Part shown: positions 1 through 10,426 of the stretch, piece after piece
Layout: each line of letters opens with the position of its first letter
Position numbering within the stretch: position 1 is the stretch's first letter
Assembly: GCA_003242505.2 (NCBI GenBank)
Contig: QGUP02000001.1
Location: 1,917 to 65,916 of the forward strand
Length of the DNA: 64,000 bases
From: Bacillota bacterium
Lineage (GTDB): Bacteria; Bacillota; Sulfobacillia; Symbiobacteriales; ZC4RG38
Direction: 5' to 3'
Program-made: the position numbers and the translations under genes
The notes under the pieces: generated by a model
Told to the model about the DNA's origin: nothing
Seen by the model: only the letters and a program-made list of their open reading frames with translations
The model's database searches: none

Positions 1-1224
1 TTTGCCGACATCTTCATCGTCTACGCCAAGGTGGACGGGGAGCGGTTCTCCGCCTTCATCGTCGAGCGGGGCTTCCCCGGGGTCTCCACCGGCAACGAGG
101 AGCACAAGGTGGGCATCCGGGGCTCCTCCACCCGCACCCTGATCCTGGAGGACGCCCGGGTGCCCGTGGAAAACCTGCTCTTTGAGGTGGGCAAGGGGCA
201 CGTCATCGCCTTCAACATCCTGAACATCGGCCGGTTCAAGCTGGGGGCCGGCTGCACCGGCTCGGCCAAGTACCTCCTGGGCATCGCCGCCCGGTACGCC
301 CAGGAGCGGCACCAGTTCGGCCGGCCCATCGCCCAGTTCCCCCTGATCCAGCAGAAGCTCGCGGAGATGGCCGCCCGGACCTACGCGGCGGAGAGCGTGG
401 TCTACCGGACCGCGGGGCTGCTGGAGGAGGGGCTGGCGGAGATCGACCACACCGCGGAGGACGCGGGGCAGCAGTCCGCCCGGGCGATCCATGAGTACGC
501 GGTGGAGTGCTCCATCAACAAGGTCCTCGGCTCCGAGGTGCTGGACTTCGTCGTGGACGAGGCGGTCCAGATCCACGGCGGGTACGGCTTCATGGAGGAG
601 TACGAGGTGGCCCGGGCCTGGCGGGACGCCCGGATCAACCGGATCTTCGAGGGGACCAACGAGATCAACCGGCTTCTCATCCCCGGCGAGCTGCTGAAGA
701 AGGCCCTCCGGGGGCAGCTGCCCCTGATGCAGGCGGTGATGGGGCTCCAGGACGAGCTTCTCGGGCTGATGCCGCCCATCTTCGAGGGGGCCGAGCCCCT
801 GGAGCAGGAGAAGTGGCTGGTGGAGGCGGCCAAGAAGATCACCCTGATGGTGGCCGGCCTCGGGGTGCAGAAGTACCAGCAGCAGGTGGAGCGGGAGCAG
901 GAGTTCCTGGCGGGGGTGGCGGACCTCATCATCGAGACCTTCGCCATGGAGAGCAGCCTCCTCCGGGCGCTCAAGGCCCTGGACCGGGAGGGGGCCGAGG
1001 CCGCGGCGGCCAAGGTGGACCTGGCCACCTTCTACCTCCACGACGCCTTTGCCCGGGTGGAGCAGATCGCCCGGAACCTCCTGGCCTCCCTCTCCGAGGG
1101 GGAGGAGCTCCGGACCCAGCTGGCCATCCTCCGGAAGCTTGGCCGCCGGGACCCCATCAACCGGGTGGCCCTCGGCCGGCGGATCGCCCAGCGGGTGCTG
1201 GCCGCAGGCGGGTACGCGGTGTAG
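1..1224 (+). CDS. Acyl-CoA dehydrogenase, C-terminal ~400 aa (5' end outside window)
   Basis: Frame 1 is open from base 1 (FADIFIVYAKVDGERFSAFIVERGFPGVSTG...). It shows the ACAD middle/C-terminal domain pattern (GIRGSSTRTLILEDARVPVENLL; IHGGYGFMEEYEVARAWRDARINRIFEGTNEI) plus a long C-terminal extension. Stop at 1222-1224. Confidence 0.85.
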   Translation, partial: FADIFIVYAKVDGERFSAFIVERGFPGVSTGNEEHKVGIRGSSTRTLILEDARVPVENLLFEVGKGHVIAFNILNIGRFKLGAGCTGSAKYLLGIAARYAQERHQFGRPIAQFPLIQQKLAEMAARTYAAESVVYRTAGLLEEGLAEIDHTAEDAGQQSARAIHEYAVECSINKVLGSEVLDFVVDEAVQIHGGYGFMEEYEVARAWRDARINRIFEGTNEINRLLIPGELLKKALRGQLPLMQAVMGLQDELLGLMPPIFEGAEPLEQEKWLVEAAKKITLMVAGLGVQKYQQQVEREQEFLAGVADLIIETFAMESSLLRALKALDREGAEAAAAKVDLATFYLHDAFARVEQIARNLLASLSEGEELRTQLAILRKLGRRDPINRVALGRRIAQRVLAAGGYAV

Positions 1225-1298
1225 CCGGGGCACCCGGGGCGGCCGGCGCCGGGCCTCCGCGGGGCGCCGGGGCCGGTGGACAGGCGCCGGCCGTGGAA

Positions 1299-1355
1299 GG
1301 GGAAGCGAGCCCCTGGGCTGCGGTAAGCCCAGGGGCTCGCTCCCCCTTTGTGTTT
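1299..1355 (+). terminator. Rho-independent terminator after the ACAD gene
   Basis: About 20-bp GC stem (GGGGAAGCGAGCCCCTGGGCT / AGCCCAGGGGCTCGCTCCCC, one bulge), 6-nt loop, then CTTTGTGTTT. Confidence 0.65.
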
Positions 1356-1468
1356 CCGGCCCCGGGCCGGGAGCCCTGCGGGGGAGTTGAACCACCCCGG
1401 AGGGTCGCCCCGGAACCCCCCTAAGGGGCGGCGCTCGGAGTCCCTCAGGGGGCGGCGCTGGGAACCCT

Positions 1469-2245
1469 TCAGGGCGTGGTGGCGCCGGGGGAGCCGGCCG
1501 GCCCGGCCGGGGGACCCGCCGGCCCGCCGGGTGTACCGGCCGGGCCCTCCGGCGGCGCTCCGCCGGCTCCGGGAGCGGCGCCCGGCGTAGCCGGGGCTAC
1601 GGGCACCCGGGTCATGGTAGCGGCCAGGTCCGAGAGCTCGTCGAGGAAGTCGGTGACGGGCCGGCCGGCCCGGACCTCCGCGCTGATCTCCGCCAGCCGG
1701 TCCGCGACCCGGGGTTCGGTGGCGATCCGGATCTCCCGCACCCAGGGCAGGGCGGCGACCACCCGGTCGCTCAGGGCCGCGGAGTCCAGGGTGCCGGCCA
1801 GCATCGCACCGGGGATGGGTTCCATCGCGGCCCCGGTCATCCCCGGCGACATCCCGGCATCCGGGGCGCCGGCCACGTCAGGGCCGGGCTCCGTCCCGGC
1901 CCCTGCCCCCGGCGCCTGGCCCGCCGGCGGGGTGGTGCCGCCGCCCGGGACCGGGGCGGTCCCCCCGGTGCCGGCGCTGCCCTCAGGGCCGCTCAGGGCG
2001 ATGAGGGCGGTGTTGCCCAGCACCAGGGTGTGGACCGGCGCGCCGCCCAGGGCGTTGTGGCCGGCCAGGGCGGCGTCCAGCGTGACGGACGGGTCCGTGG
2101 TGGCTCCCTGGCTGCCGGCGCCGGGGGCCCCGCCCATGGGTGGGGGGCTCATCGGAGAGCCGCCCTGGCGCTGGGGCATCGCGGTGCAGCCAACCACCAG
2201 CAGAGGCGCAAGCAGTCCAAGCCATCGACGGTACGGTCGCAGCAC
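1469..2245 (-). CDS. YhcN/YlaJ-like sporulation lipoprotein (family call tentative)
   Basis: GTG at 2245 lies 9 nt after GGGAGA. Lipobox LLVVGC. Gly/Pro-rich linker. The C-terminal block (VVAALPWVREIRIATEPRVADRLAEISAEVRAGRPVTDFLDELSDL) resembles the YlaJ/YhcN C-terminal pattern. The ORF-track start at 2428 is probably too far upstream. Confidence 0.5.
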   Translation of the reverse strand: MLRPYRRWLGLLAPLLVVGCTAMPQRQGGSPMSPPPMGGAPGAGSQGATTDPSVTLDAALAGHNALGGAPVHTLVLGNTALIALSGPEGSAGTGGTAPVPGGGTTPPAGQAPGAGAGTEPGPDVAGAPDAGMSPGMTGAAMEPIPGAMLAGTLDSAALSDRVVAALPWVREIRIATEPRVADRLAEISAEVRAGRPVTDFLDELSDLAATMTRVPVAPATPGAAPGAGGAPPEGPAGTPGGPAGPPAGPAGSPGATTP

Positions 2246-2452
2246 GGGCCATTTCTCCCTTCTCGCCCACTGGGCTACACCGGCTATTGTGCTTCCCACT
2301 GCCGGGATTCTATCCCAGTGGCCTGCCAGCCACCGGCAGAGAAGGGCGGGGGTAGGGCCTGACACGGACCAGGACCGCCGCCACACGGCTGAGGACTGCG
2401 GCCCCACGGCCCAGGACTGCTGCCACACGGAGTGGCGCTACCGCCACCCGAA

Positions 2453-3526
2453 TCAGGACTGTCGCGTTCCCGGCGGTTCCAGGTGCACCGTCTGGGTCGG
2501 GTACGCAAAGCCAATCCCCTCGGCGGCAAAGCGCCGGCAGATCGCCAGGTTGATGGCCTGCTGCACGTCCATGTAGACGTTGTAGTCGGGCACCGTCACC
2601 CAGTAGACGACCTCGAAGAGCAGGGCGTCGTTGCCGAAGGAGGCGAAGTGGGCCCGGTCGAACCGGGCGTGGGGCTGGGCCGAGATGATCTCCCGCAGGA
2701 TGCCGGGGATGGCCTCCAGCTTTTCCACCGGTGTCTGGTGGGGCACCCGCAGGTGGAAGACGACCCGCCGCTCCTGCATCCGCTTGTAATTCCGGATCCG
2801 GCACTTGAGGAGGTCGCTGTTGCCGAAAATGATCTGCTCGCCGGTCAGGCTGCGGATCCGGGTGCTCTTGAGGCCGATGTGCTCCACGGTGCCCATCAAA
2901 TTGTCGACCACGATGAAATCCCCGATGACGAAGGGCTTGTCGAGGACGATGGAGAGGGATGCAAACAGGTCGCCGAGGATGCTCTGGACCGCAAGGCCGA
3001 CCGCGATGCCGCCGATGCCGAGGCCGGCGATGAGAGCGCTCAGGTTGAGGCCCGTGAAAAGGTTCTCCAGCGCCAGCAGGGCGATGAGGATCCAGAGGAT
3101 AATCCGGCCGACCACCCCGAGGGCAGAGATGGTGGTGGCGGTGACCGCGTCGTCCTCGAGAAGCCGCCGGGTGTAACGGTCCACCAGGTGGGTGATGAGC
3201 CCGCTGCCCCAGAGGGCGACCTGCAGAAAGGAGGCGGTGACGAGGATCTTCCGCAGGGCATCCTCCACCCACGGATCGAGGAGAAGGACCTGGGACCCTG
3301 ACCAGAGGGCCAGCGCGAGGAAGAAGAACCAGCGGGTCCGCTGAAGGAGGTCCACCGCGGCGTCGTCCAGGTCCGTCTCCGTCCGCTCCGCCATCTGCCG
3401 GAGCCGCTGGAGGACCACCCGCTGCAGGAGCCGCCCCGCCCCCAGCACCAGGGCGGCGATGCCCAGGGCCGTGGCCCAGCGGCCCCAGCCGTTCTCGAAG
3501 AGGATGGAGATGGAGAAGGAGAACAA
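2453..3526 (-). CDS. Mechanosensitive ion channel, MscS family
   Basis: N-terminal TM helices followed by the MscS beta-domain signature (DKPFVIGDFIVVDNLMGTVEHIGLKSTRIRSLTGEQIIFGNSDLL). Confidence 0.9.
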   Translation of the reverse strand: MFSFSISILFENGWGRWATALGIAALVLGAGRLLQRVVLQRLRQMAERTETDLDDAAVDLLQRTRWFFFLALALWSGSQVLLLDPWVEDALRKILVTASFLQVALWGSGLITHLVDRYTRRLLEDDAVTATTISALGVVGRIILWILIALLALENLFTGLNLSALIAGLGIGGIAVGLAVQSILGDLFASLSIVLDKPFVIGDFIVVDNLMGTVEHIGLKSTRIRSLTGEQIIFGNSDLLKCRIRNYKRMQERRVVFHLRVPHQTPVEKLEAIPGILREIISAQPHARFDRAHFASFGNDALLFEVVYWVTVPDYNVYMDVQQAINLAICRRFAAEGIGFAYPTQTVHLEPPGTRQS

Positions 3527-3727
3527 TCTGGCTTCCTCCTCGTAGTGCGTTGGATATGCCCGGTCTTCGCACGGGTCTCCACCATCTTACCACATGGCGG
3601 CAGGGGGGCGGGAAGGCCGGCGGAGGGCGCGGCAAGGCCCCCGGCTGTCGGGCTGCCGGGGGCCTGACAGGGCATCCTGCGGGCCGCAGGCCGGTTGCGA
3701 TACCGCCCGCCTGGCACGCGGCCGGCT

Positions 3728-4312
3728 CTAGTACACCACCTGCTCCCAGCCGGCGTCCAGGGTGCGGACCGCGCTGACGGCGGCGTAGGGCAGCTGCCGG
3801 TCGTAGGCCACCCAGGTGCAGATGCCCAGGATTTCCGGGTCGACAAACCCGGCCACCCGGGCCGCTGCCCCCAGCGCGGCGATGGCCGGGGCTCCCCCGA
3901 GGGCGCTCGCCAGGGCCTCGGCGTCCACCGCCGCGACGGTGCCGGAGTACCACCGGAGTTGCCGGCGCACCGCGCCGGGAGGGCGGTCTGTCGCCACCAC
4001 CAGGATCCCGTCCGGGTTTACGCCGGCCAGGACCTCCTCCCGGTCCAGGAGCCGCTCCTCCAGCACCATCAGCAGGTCGGCCCCGGGCGGGGGCGGCGCC
4101 GGGGGCACCCGGTCCCAGCGCCGGGCTTCCATCTCCCTCCCCCTGGCGGCGGCCTGGTACCCTTGCCGGCGGAGGGTCTCGGCCAGGATGGCGAGGGCGG
4201 TCTCCGTCTCCGGATCCCCTTCGCCGCCGAGGACCTGCATCCGGAAGTCGCCGACCAGGTCTACGACACGCTTCAGCACAGGCAGCATCGCCGGGGCCTC
4301 CTCCCAGGGCAT
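3728..4312 (-). CDS. Stand-alone 2-oxoacid:ferredoxin oxidoreductase gamma-like (POR-family) protein; start uncertain (4312 or 4327)
   Basis: Layout of a POR gamma domain: QVLGGEGDPETETALAILAETL (degenerate GGxG), DLLMVLEERLL, GILVVATD, VAAVDAEALASALGGAPAIAALGAAARVAG. The ORF-track N-terminus upstream of the MGATPM repeat looks non-coding. Confidence 0.45.
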   Translation of the reverse strand: MPWEEAPAMLPVLKRVVDLVGDFRMQVLGGEGDPETETALAILAETLRRQGYQAAARGREMEARRWDRVPPAPPPPGADLLMVLEERLLDREEVLAGVNPDGILVVATDRPPGAVRRQLRWYSGTVAAVDAEALASALGGAPAIAALGAAARVAGFVDPEILGICTWVAYDRQLPYAAVSAVRTLDAGWEQVVY

Positions 4313-4590
4313 CGGTGTGGCTCCCATCGGTGTGGCTCCATTGTAGTCCGAGTCCGGAGCCGCGGGGGGGCGGAGGGCGACCAACTGTACGGTTGGGCCG
4401 ATGGGCGGAGGCAGAAGGGGGGATGAGTGGCAGGACGCCACCCGGCCGCCCAGGCCCCTGGCGGTTCACCGCCCCGATCCGGCGGCTCGCCGGCCAACGG
4501 CGGCGGTTCATCTCCTCCCCCTGGTAGTTCCGGGGGATAGGTTCCTGGCGGCCCGGCGCGACTTCAGTCCCCCCCGGCGGTTACGGTAAG

Positions 4591-5739
4591 ATGAAGAGTG
4601 TCTCGGGGATGCCCCCCAAAATTCTGGACTCAAGGCCCGTCGAGGTGATGGCCGTGCCGCAGGGGAGCCGCCGGCTGTCCGCGCTGGTGCCCTGGCTGAT
4701 GGTGGCGGTGGTCGGGTGTCAGGCCCCATGGCCCCCCGCCCCGGCCGAATCGTCCCCGGCTCTGCCCCAGGCCGGCCCTGCCGAGGCGCCCGGGCCCGAG
4801 GTGACCCCGGAGCCGCCGGCCGAGGCGGAACCGGCGCCGGAGGCCGGAGGCCAGATGGCCGGGGGCGGCGGAGAAGGGTCCCCGCCGCCGGCGGCGGAGC
4901 CACCGCCCGCACAGGAGCTGCCGCCCGCGCAGGAGCCGCCGGTGCCGCCCGGGGCGCTGCCGGCAGGGCCCGACTGGCAGCCCCTGGCGGAGGCGGTGGC
5001 CCGGGCCGCGAGCGGCTTTTCCGGCCGGCTGAGCGTGGTGGCGGTGGACCTGGAGACCGGTGACCGGTGGGAGTACCGGGCGACGGATTCCTACCATCCT
5101 GCCAGCACCATCAAGGTTCCCGTCGCCCTCTTCGCCCTGGCGGAGGTGCGGGCCGGCCGGCTCCGGTGGGACGATCCCGTGCGGCTCACCGAGGCGGACT
5201 TCGAGCCGCCCCTCGGCGCATTGGCCGACGTCCCGCCGGGCACCGAGGTCCCCGTGGGGCGGCTGGTGGACCTCGCCCTCCGGGAGAGCAACAACACCGC
5301 GGTCAACGCCCTGGGCCGCCACCTGGGCTGGGGGCGGATCCGGGCCTTCGCGGAATCCATCGGGGGCGGTTTTGACCGCGGTCCCCTGGCCATCCCCCGG
5401 GCGGCGGCGGCCTGGTGGCTCCACCTTTGGCAACTGAGCCGGACCGCGCCCGGGGAGGCGGAGTTGCTCGTGGCTCCCTTGCGGGAGGCGACCTACCGGG
5501 GGCGGATCGCTGCCGCGGTGCCCCCGGGGGTGGAGGTCTGGCACAAGTACGGGTCCTACCTGGGCCACGAGCACGACACGGGGATCGTCCTGGGGCCTCG
5601 CCCCTTCCTGCTGGTGGTCTATACCGGAGATGGCCAGCCCGGGGAGGCCGACGGGGTGATCGTGGCCATCGCCCGGGGGGCGTGGCAGGCCTTCGCCGGC
5701 CCGGCGGACGCCGGCCCGGCGGCCGGAGGCGGGGGATGA
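4591..5739 (+). CDS. Class A beta-lactamase-related serine hydrolase, lipoprotein
   Basis: Lipobox VAVVGCQ and a Pro/Ala/Glu-rich linker. Catalytic-type motifs STIK (SxxK), SNN (SxN-like) and KYG (KTG-like) occur in the expected order. Confidence 0.75.
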   Translation: MKSVSGMPPKILDSRPVEVMAVPQGSRRLSALVPWLMVAVVGCQAPWPPAPAESSPALPQAGPAEAPGPEVTPEPPAEAEPAPEAGGQMAGGGGEGSPPPAAEPPPAQELPPAQEPPVPPGALPAGPDWQPLAEAVARAASGFSGRLSVVAVDLETGDRWEYRATDSYHPASTIKVPVALFALAEVRAGRLRWDDPVRLTEADFEPPLGALADVPPGTEVPVGRLVDLALRESNNTAVNALGRHLGWGRIRAFAESIGGGFDRGPLAIPRAAAAWWLHLWQLSRTAPGEAELLVAPLREATYRGRIAAAVPPGVEVWHKYGSYLGHEHDTGIVLGPRPFLLVVYTGDGQPGEADGVIVAIARGAWQAFAGPADAGPAAGGGG

Positions 5740-5844
5740 GGCAGCCGAAGCCGTGGGATGAGGCAGCCCGAAGTGGGCGATGGGTCCGGCGGGGGCCGGA
5801 GAGACCCGGGGCGCATACCCTGGACCCCCGAAGGGGGTTGCGCG

Positions 5845-6672
5845 ATGGAACCGCATGGCGCTCCGTGGACCGGCATCCTCACCCCGCCGATCCCCGGCCG
5901 GTCCCTCCGGCCGCGGCGGACGGGGATCACGGTAGTGATGGACAAGGGCCTCGGCCCGGCGGCCTGCCAGGATCTCCTGGCGGTCAGCGGCGCACATATC
6001 GACTTCTGGAAGTTTGGCTTCGGCACCGCCGCGCTCCATCCGCCGGCCAGGCTGGCGGAGAAACTCGCCGCCCTCCGGGCGGCGGGGGTCTGCCCGTACC
6101 CCGGCGGCACCCTGCTGGAGGCCGCGGCGGTGCAGGGACAGGCGGAGGCCTTCCTTGAGCGGGCCCGGGCCCTGGGGTTCGAGGCCGCGGAGGTCTCCGA
6201 GGGCACGATCCCCCTCTCGCCCCGGCGCCGCCGGGAAGTGATCGCCGCCGCCCGGGGGCTGGGGCTGCGGGTGCTGGCGGAGGTGGGCAAGAAGGACCCG
6301 GCGGCCCAGCCCAGCCCGGAGGCCCTGGCGGAGCAAGCCCTGGCAGACCTGGAGGCCGGGGCGGAGTACGTCATCATCGAGGGGCGGGAGAGCGGCCGGG
6401 GGGTTGGGATCTACGGCCCTGCCGGCCAGGTGCGGGAGGAGTGGGTGGAGACCCTGGCGGCCCGCCTGCCGGTGGAGAAGGTGATCTGGGAGGCGCCCCG
6501 GAAGGAGCAGCAGCAGGCGCTGATCCTCCGGTTCGGCCCCAACGTCAACCTGGGCAACATCCCGCCGGAGGAGGCCATGGCCCTGGAGGCTCTCCGGGTG
6601 GGCCTCCGGGGGGATACCCTCGCGGCCGCTTTAGGCCGGGGATTTGCCACCGGAGGTACCCCGGCGGACTGA
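5845..6672 (+). CDS. comA: (2R)-phospho-3-sulfolactate synthase (ComA/YitD family)
   Basis: [13 protein letters not shown]...[14 protein letters not shown]...GGTLLEAA...[12 protein letters not shown]...LAEVGKKD...[10 protein letters not shown]...[11 protein letters not shown] matches the ComA family layout. Start taken at MEPHGAPW (5845). Confidence 0.85.
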   Translation: MEPHGAPWTGILTPPIPGRSLRPRRTGITVVMDKGLGPAACQDLLAVSGAHIDFWKFGFGTAALHPPARLAEKLAALRAAGVCPYPGGTLLEAAAVQGQAEAFLERARALGFEAAEVSEGTIPLSPRRRREVIAAARGLGLRVLAEVGKKDPAAQPSPEALAEQALADLEAGAEYVIIEGRESGRGVGIYGPAGQVREEWVETLAARLPVEKVIWEAPRKEQQQALILRFGPNVNLGNIPPEEAMALEALRVGLRGDTLAAALGRGFATGGTPAD

Positions 6673-6955
6673 GCGCAGCGGGATGGAGCGTCGCCGGACT
6701 CACCGCGGGCGGACTCAGCCCCGCCGCGAGCCCTGGCGTTCGTTGGCCTCTCCTGCCCGTTCATCGTCCCAAAGTTGCTCTTCGCCGGTCCGGGGGCGCC
6801 CTGGCCGCCGGGCCCCATCGGGGCCTGGTAACCCCGGCTGCCGTTCGCCCCCGGATTCCGACGGTTCGCCGCCGCCCTGCCGGGCGGCGGTTTTTCATGA
6901 TCGACCGCAAATGATCGCGTTCATCTCGGGATTACAGCAATTCACCGAATCTTCG

Positions 6956-6984
6956 TTGCCGCGGCCGGGCTGCCCCGGTATACA
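6956..6984 (+). promoter_or_regulatory. Possible sigma-A promoter for aceB (TTGCCG-17-TATACA)
   Basis: Hexamers read directly with a 17-nt spacer, in the only lower-GC stretch of the 430-bp comA-aceB spacer. Confidence 0.3.
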
Positions 6985-7102
6985 GGGAGGTAAGCGGCGG
7001 GCTCGGCCCGGGTCCGGCCGGGGTCTGCTCCCGGGCCCGACCCGGGCCGCCGCTGTCCGGAACCAATGGCAGGGAACCAACGGCAGGGATGGAGGGGGTC
7101 CG

Positions 7103-8734
7103 ATGGACGGAGGACGTGGGACGCAGACCGTGGGCCTGGAGGGGGTTGAGGTCTGGGGCCCCCTCAAGGGCCGGTTTGCCGAGGTCCTGACGCCCGAGGC
7201 CCTGGCCTTTGTGGCCAGGCTGCACCGGGAGTTCAATCCGACCCGCCGCCAGCTGCTGCAGGAGCGGGCGGAGCGGCAGGCCCGGCTCGATGCCGGCGAG
7301 CGGCCCGACTTCCTCCCCGCAACCCGGGCGATCCGGGAAGGGGACTGGCGGGTGGCCCCGATCCCCCGGGAACTGCAGGACCGCCGGGTGGAGATCACGG
7401 GGCCCGTGGACCGGAAGATGATGATCAACGCCCTCAACTCCGGGGCCCGGGTCTTCATGGCGGACTTCGAGGACGCCTGCGCTCCGACCTGGGAGAACGT
7501 CATCCAGGGGCAGGTCAACCTCATGGACGCGGTGGCCGGCACCCTTGCCTACACCAGCCCCGACGGCCGGGAGTACCGACTGAACGAAGAGGTCGCGGTG
7601 CTGATGGTGCGGCCCCGGGGCTGGCACCTGGTGGAGAAGCAGATCACCGTCGACGGCGAGCCCGTCTCCGCCAGCCTCCTGGACTTCGGCCTCTACTTCT
7701 TCCACAACGCCCACCGGCTGCTGGGGAAGGGGAGCGGCCCCTACTTCTACCTGCCCAAGCTGGAGAGCCACAAGGAGGCCCGGCTCTGGAACCAGGTCTT
7801 TCAGTTCGCGCAGGACGCCCTGGGCATCCCCCGGGGGACCATCAAGGCCACGGTGCTGATCGAGAACATCCTCGCCGCCTTCGAGATGGAGGAGATCCTC
7901 TACGAGCTGCGGGACCACGCCGCCGGCCTCAACGCCGGGCGCTGGGACTATATCTTCAGCGTCATCAAGAAGTTCCGGAAAGACCCGGCCTTCGTCCTGC
8001 CCGACCGCAGCCACGTGACCATGACCGTTCCCTTCATGCGGGCCTACACCGAACTTCTGGTCCGTACCTGCCACAAGCGGGGGGCCCACGCCATCGGCGG
8101 CATGGCGGCCTTCATCCCCAGCCGGAAGAACCCCGAGGTGAACGAGGTCGCCCTGGCCCGGGTGCGGGAGGACAAGGTCCGGGAGGCCGGCGACGGCTTT
8201 GACGGCACCTGGGTCGCCCACCCGGACCTGGTGCCGGTGGCCATGGCGGTCTTCGACGAGGTGCTGGGGCAGCGGCCCAACCAGATCCACCGGCTGCGGG
8301 AGGACGTCCAGGTCACCGCCCGGGACCTCCTGGACGTGCGGGTCCCCGGCGGGCGGATCACCGAGGCGGGGCTCCGCAGCAACATCCGGGTCGCCCTCCT
8401 CTACCTGGAGTCCTGGCTCCGGGGGGTGGGGGCCGTCGCCATCGACCACCTGATGGAAGACGCCGCCACCGCCGAGATCGCCCGGGCCCAGGTCTGGCAG
8501 TGGGTGCGCCACGGGGTGCGCCTCCACCACCCCGACGACGAAGGGCCCCAGGTGACCCCGGCCCTGGTGCGGCTCCTCATCGATGAGGAACTCGACCGGA
8601 TCCGCCGGGCCCTGGGCGATGCCGCCTTTGCCGCGGGCCGGTTCACTGCTGCCCGGGAGGTCTTTGAACAGGTGGCCCTGGGGGAGGAACTGACCGAGTT
8701 CCTCACCTTGCCGGCCTACGAGTACCTGGCGTAA
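7103..8734 (+). CDS. aceB: Malate synthase A
   Basis: ATG at 7103 after [37 protein letters not shown]..., [32 protein letters not shown] are malate synthase A signatures. The ORF-track extension from 6644 is Arg/Pro-rich and non-coding in appearance. Confidence 0.95.
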   Translation: MDGGRGTQTVGLEGVEVWGPLKGRFAEVLTPEALAFVARLHREFNPTRRQLLQERAERQARLDAGERPDFLPATRAIREGDWRVAPIPRELQDRRVEITGPVDRKMMINALNSGARVFMADFEDACAPTWENVIQGQVNLMDAVAGTLAYTSPDGREYRLNEEVAVLMVRPRGWHLVEKQITVDGEPVSASLLDFGLYFFHNAHRLLGKGSGPYFYLPKLESHKEARLWNQVFQFAQDALGIPRGTIKATVLIENILAAFEMEEILYELRDHAAGLNAGRWDYIFSVIKKFRKDPAFVLPDRSHVTMTVPFMRAYTELLVRTCHKRGAHAIGGMAAFIPSRKNPEVNEVALARVREDKVREAGDGFDGTWVAHPDLVPVAMAVFDEVLGQRPNQIHRLREDVQVTARDLLDVRVPGGRITEAGLRSNIRVALLYLESWLRGVGAVAIDHLMEDAATAEIARAQVWQWVRHGVRLHHPDDEGPQVTPALVRLLIDEELDRIRRALGDAAFAAGRFTAAREVFEQVALGEELTEFLTLPAYEYLA

Positions 8735-8868
8735 CGCCGGGGTGCCGGCCTGCGAGTGCCTGGCGAAAACCCGGGGCCCGCCCGGGAGGAGCGGGCTCTG
8801 CGCCCCGGGGACCGGTCCGGGAGGCGGGAGCCGGTTCCCGGGGCAATCTGCAAGGGAGGAGATCGGCT

Positions 8869-10203
8869 GTGGACCGTGAGCGCTACGAAGCCGCCATCCG
8901 CCAGGAAGCCGAGCGGCTCCGGGAGGAGTGGGAGACCAACCCCCGCTGGCGGGGGATCCGGCGGGACTACAGCGCCGAGGACGTGGTCCGGCTCCGGGGG
9001 TCGCTGCAGATCGAGTACACCCTCGCCCGGCGGGGCGCGGAGAAGCTCTGGCACCTCCTGAACACCGAGGAGTACGTCCCGGCCCTGGGGGCCCTGACCG
9101 GCGGCCAGGCGGTGCAGATGGTGAAGGCCGGGCTGAAGGCCATCTACTTGAGCGGCTGGCAGGTGGCCGCGGACGCCAACCTGGCCGGCCAGACCTACCC
9201 CGACCAGAGCCTCTATCCGGTGAGCAGCGTCCCCGCCCTGGTGCGGCGGCTCAACAACGCCCTGATGCGGGCGGACCAGATCCACTGGGCCGAGGGCCGG
9301 GCGGACATCGACTGGTTCGTGCCCATCGTCGCCGACGCGGAGGCGGGCTTCGGCGGGCCCCTCAACGCCTTTGAGCTGATGAAGGCGATGATCGAGGCCG
9401 GCGCCGCGGCGGTTCACTTCGAGGACCAGCTGGCCGCGGAGAAGAAGTGCGGCCACATGGGGGGCAAGGTGCTGGTCCCCACCTCCCAGCACATCCGCAC
9501 CCTCACCGCAGCCCGGCTGGCGGCGGACGTAATGGGGGTGCCCACCCTGATCATCGCCCGGACCGACGCCCTGGGGGCCACCCTCCTCACCAGCGACATC
9601 GACCCCCGGGACCGGGAAGCGTGCACCGGCGAGCGGACCCCCGAGGGATACTTTGTGGTGCGGCCGGGGATCGAGGCGGCGATCCGCCGGGCCCTGGCCT
9701 ACGCCCCCTATGCGGACCTCCTGTGGTTCGAGACCTCCCGGCCGGACCTGGCGGAGGCCCGGAAGTTCGCCGAGGCCATCCACCGGGAGTATCCGGGCAA
9801 GCTCCTGGCCTACAACTGCTCCCCGTCCTTCAACTGGAAGCGGCACCTGGACGACGAGACCATCGCCCGGTTCCAGCGGGAGCTGGCGGCCATGGGCTAC
9901 AAGTTCCAGTTCATCACCCTGGCCGGCTTCCACGCCCTGAACGCCTCGATGTTCGAGCTGGCCAAGGGCTACGCCGCCGAGGGGATGACCGCCTACGTCC
10001 GGCTCCAGCAGCACGAGTTCGAACTGGAGGCCCTGGGCTACACCGCCACCCGGCATCAGCGGGAGGTCGGCGCTGGCTACTTCGACCAGGTGGCCCAGGT
10101 GATCAGCGGCGGCCAGGCTTCCACCCTGGCCCTCCGGGGCTCCACCGAGGAGGAGCAGTTCGAGACGGCAGGACCTCAGGTCCAGGCGGGGCGGGCCGGT
10201 TAA
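8869..10203 (+). CDS. aceA: Isocitrate lyase
   Basis: GTG start after GGGAGGAG. Contains the ICL signature KKCGHMGGK. Full-length, 444 aa. Confidence 0.95.
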   Translation: MDRERYEAAIRQEAERLREEWETNPRWRGIRRDYSAEDVVRLRGSLQIEYTLARRGAEKLWHLLNTEEYVPALGALTGGQAVQMVKAGLKAIYLSGWQVAADANLAGQTYPDQSLYPVSSVPALVRRLNNALMRADQIHWAEGRADIDWFVPIVADAEAGFGGPLNAFELMKAMIEAGAAAVHFEDQLAAEKKCGHMGGKVLVPTSQHIRTLTAARLAADVMGVPTLIIARTDALGATLLTSDIDPRDREACTGERTPEGYFVVRPGIEAAIRRALAYAPYADLLWFETSRPDLAEARKFAEAIHREYPGKLLAYNCSPSFNWKRHLDDETIARFQRELAAMGYKFQFITLAGFHALNASMFELAKGYAAEGMTAYVRLQQHEFELEALGYTATRHQREVGAGYFDQVAQVISGGQASTLALRGSTEEEQFETAGPQVQAGRAG

Positions 10204-10426
10204 GGCCCGCCCCCTTCCGCGCCGTCCCGGCTGGGCGGGGCCCGGTGCGGCGCTCGGTCCCGGGGGGACTCGGCTCTCCGGTTCCCCGGGCCGCGACGGG
10301 AGATGGACCCCCGTCCGCGGAGGGAGAGGTCGCCCCTCGGCGGCGAAGGGAGCCGCCGCCCCTTGTCGAAATCCTTTTGGCAGTAGCCGGTCCCTGGGAA
10401 ACCAGACGCCAAGAACCGGTCCTGGG

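Noticed and set aside
4299-4328. 15-bp tandem repeat (CATCGGTGTGGCTCC x2, encoding GATPMGATPM) at the 5' end of the POR-gamma-like ORF.
   Set aside because: It is real as a repeat but lies at or upstream of the probable start codon. It seems to be one more example of the short slippage duplications common in this window, with no separate functional inference possible.
2310-4511. 733-aa minus-strand ORF. Similar very long ORFs occur at 8716-10440, 10437-12137, 12294-13877, 16028-17707, 25041-26732, 43684-45921, 57940-59850 and 59875-61416.
   Set aside because: They lie antisense to, or out of frame with, genes that have clear family signatures. Their products are Arg/Pro/Gly-rich low-complexity strings, typical of stop-codon-poor alternative frames in ~70% GC DNA. 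They have no RBS/start support.
6644-7102. 153-aa N-terminal extension of the malate synthase ORF. Analogous upstream extensions occur for the ORFs at 5758, 13871, 32403, 33894, 43837, 48222, 50745-53078 and 55703.
   Set aside because: The extensions are low-complexity and lack homology-like motifs. Internal starts with GGAGG-type RBSs coincide with the expected family N-termini.
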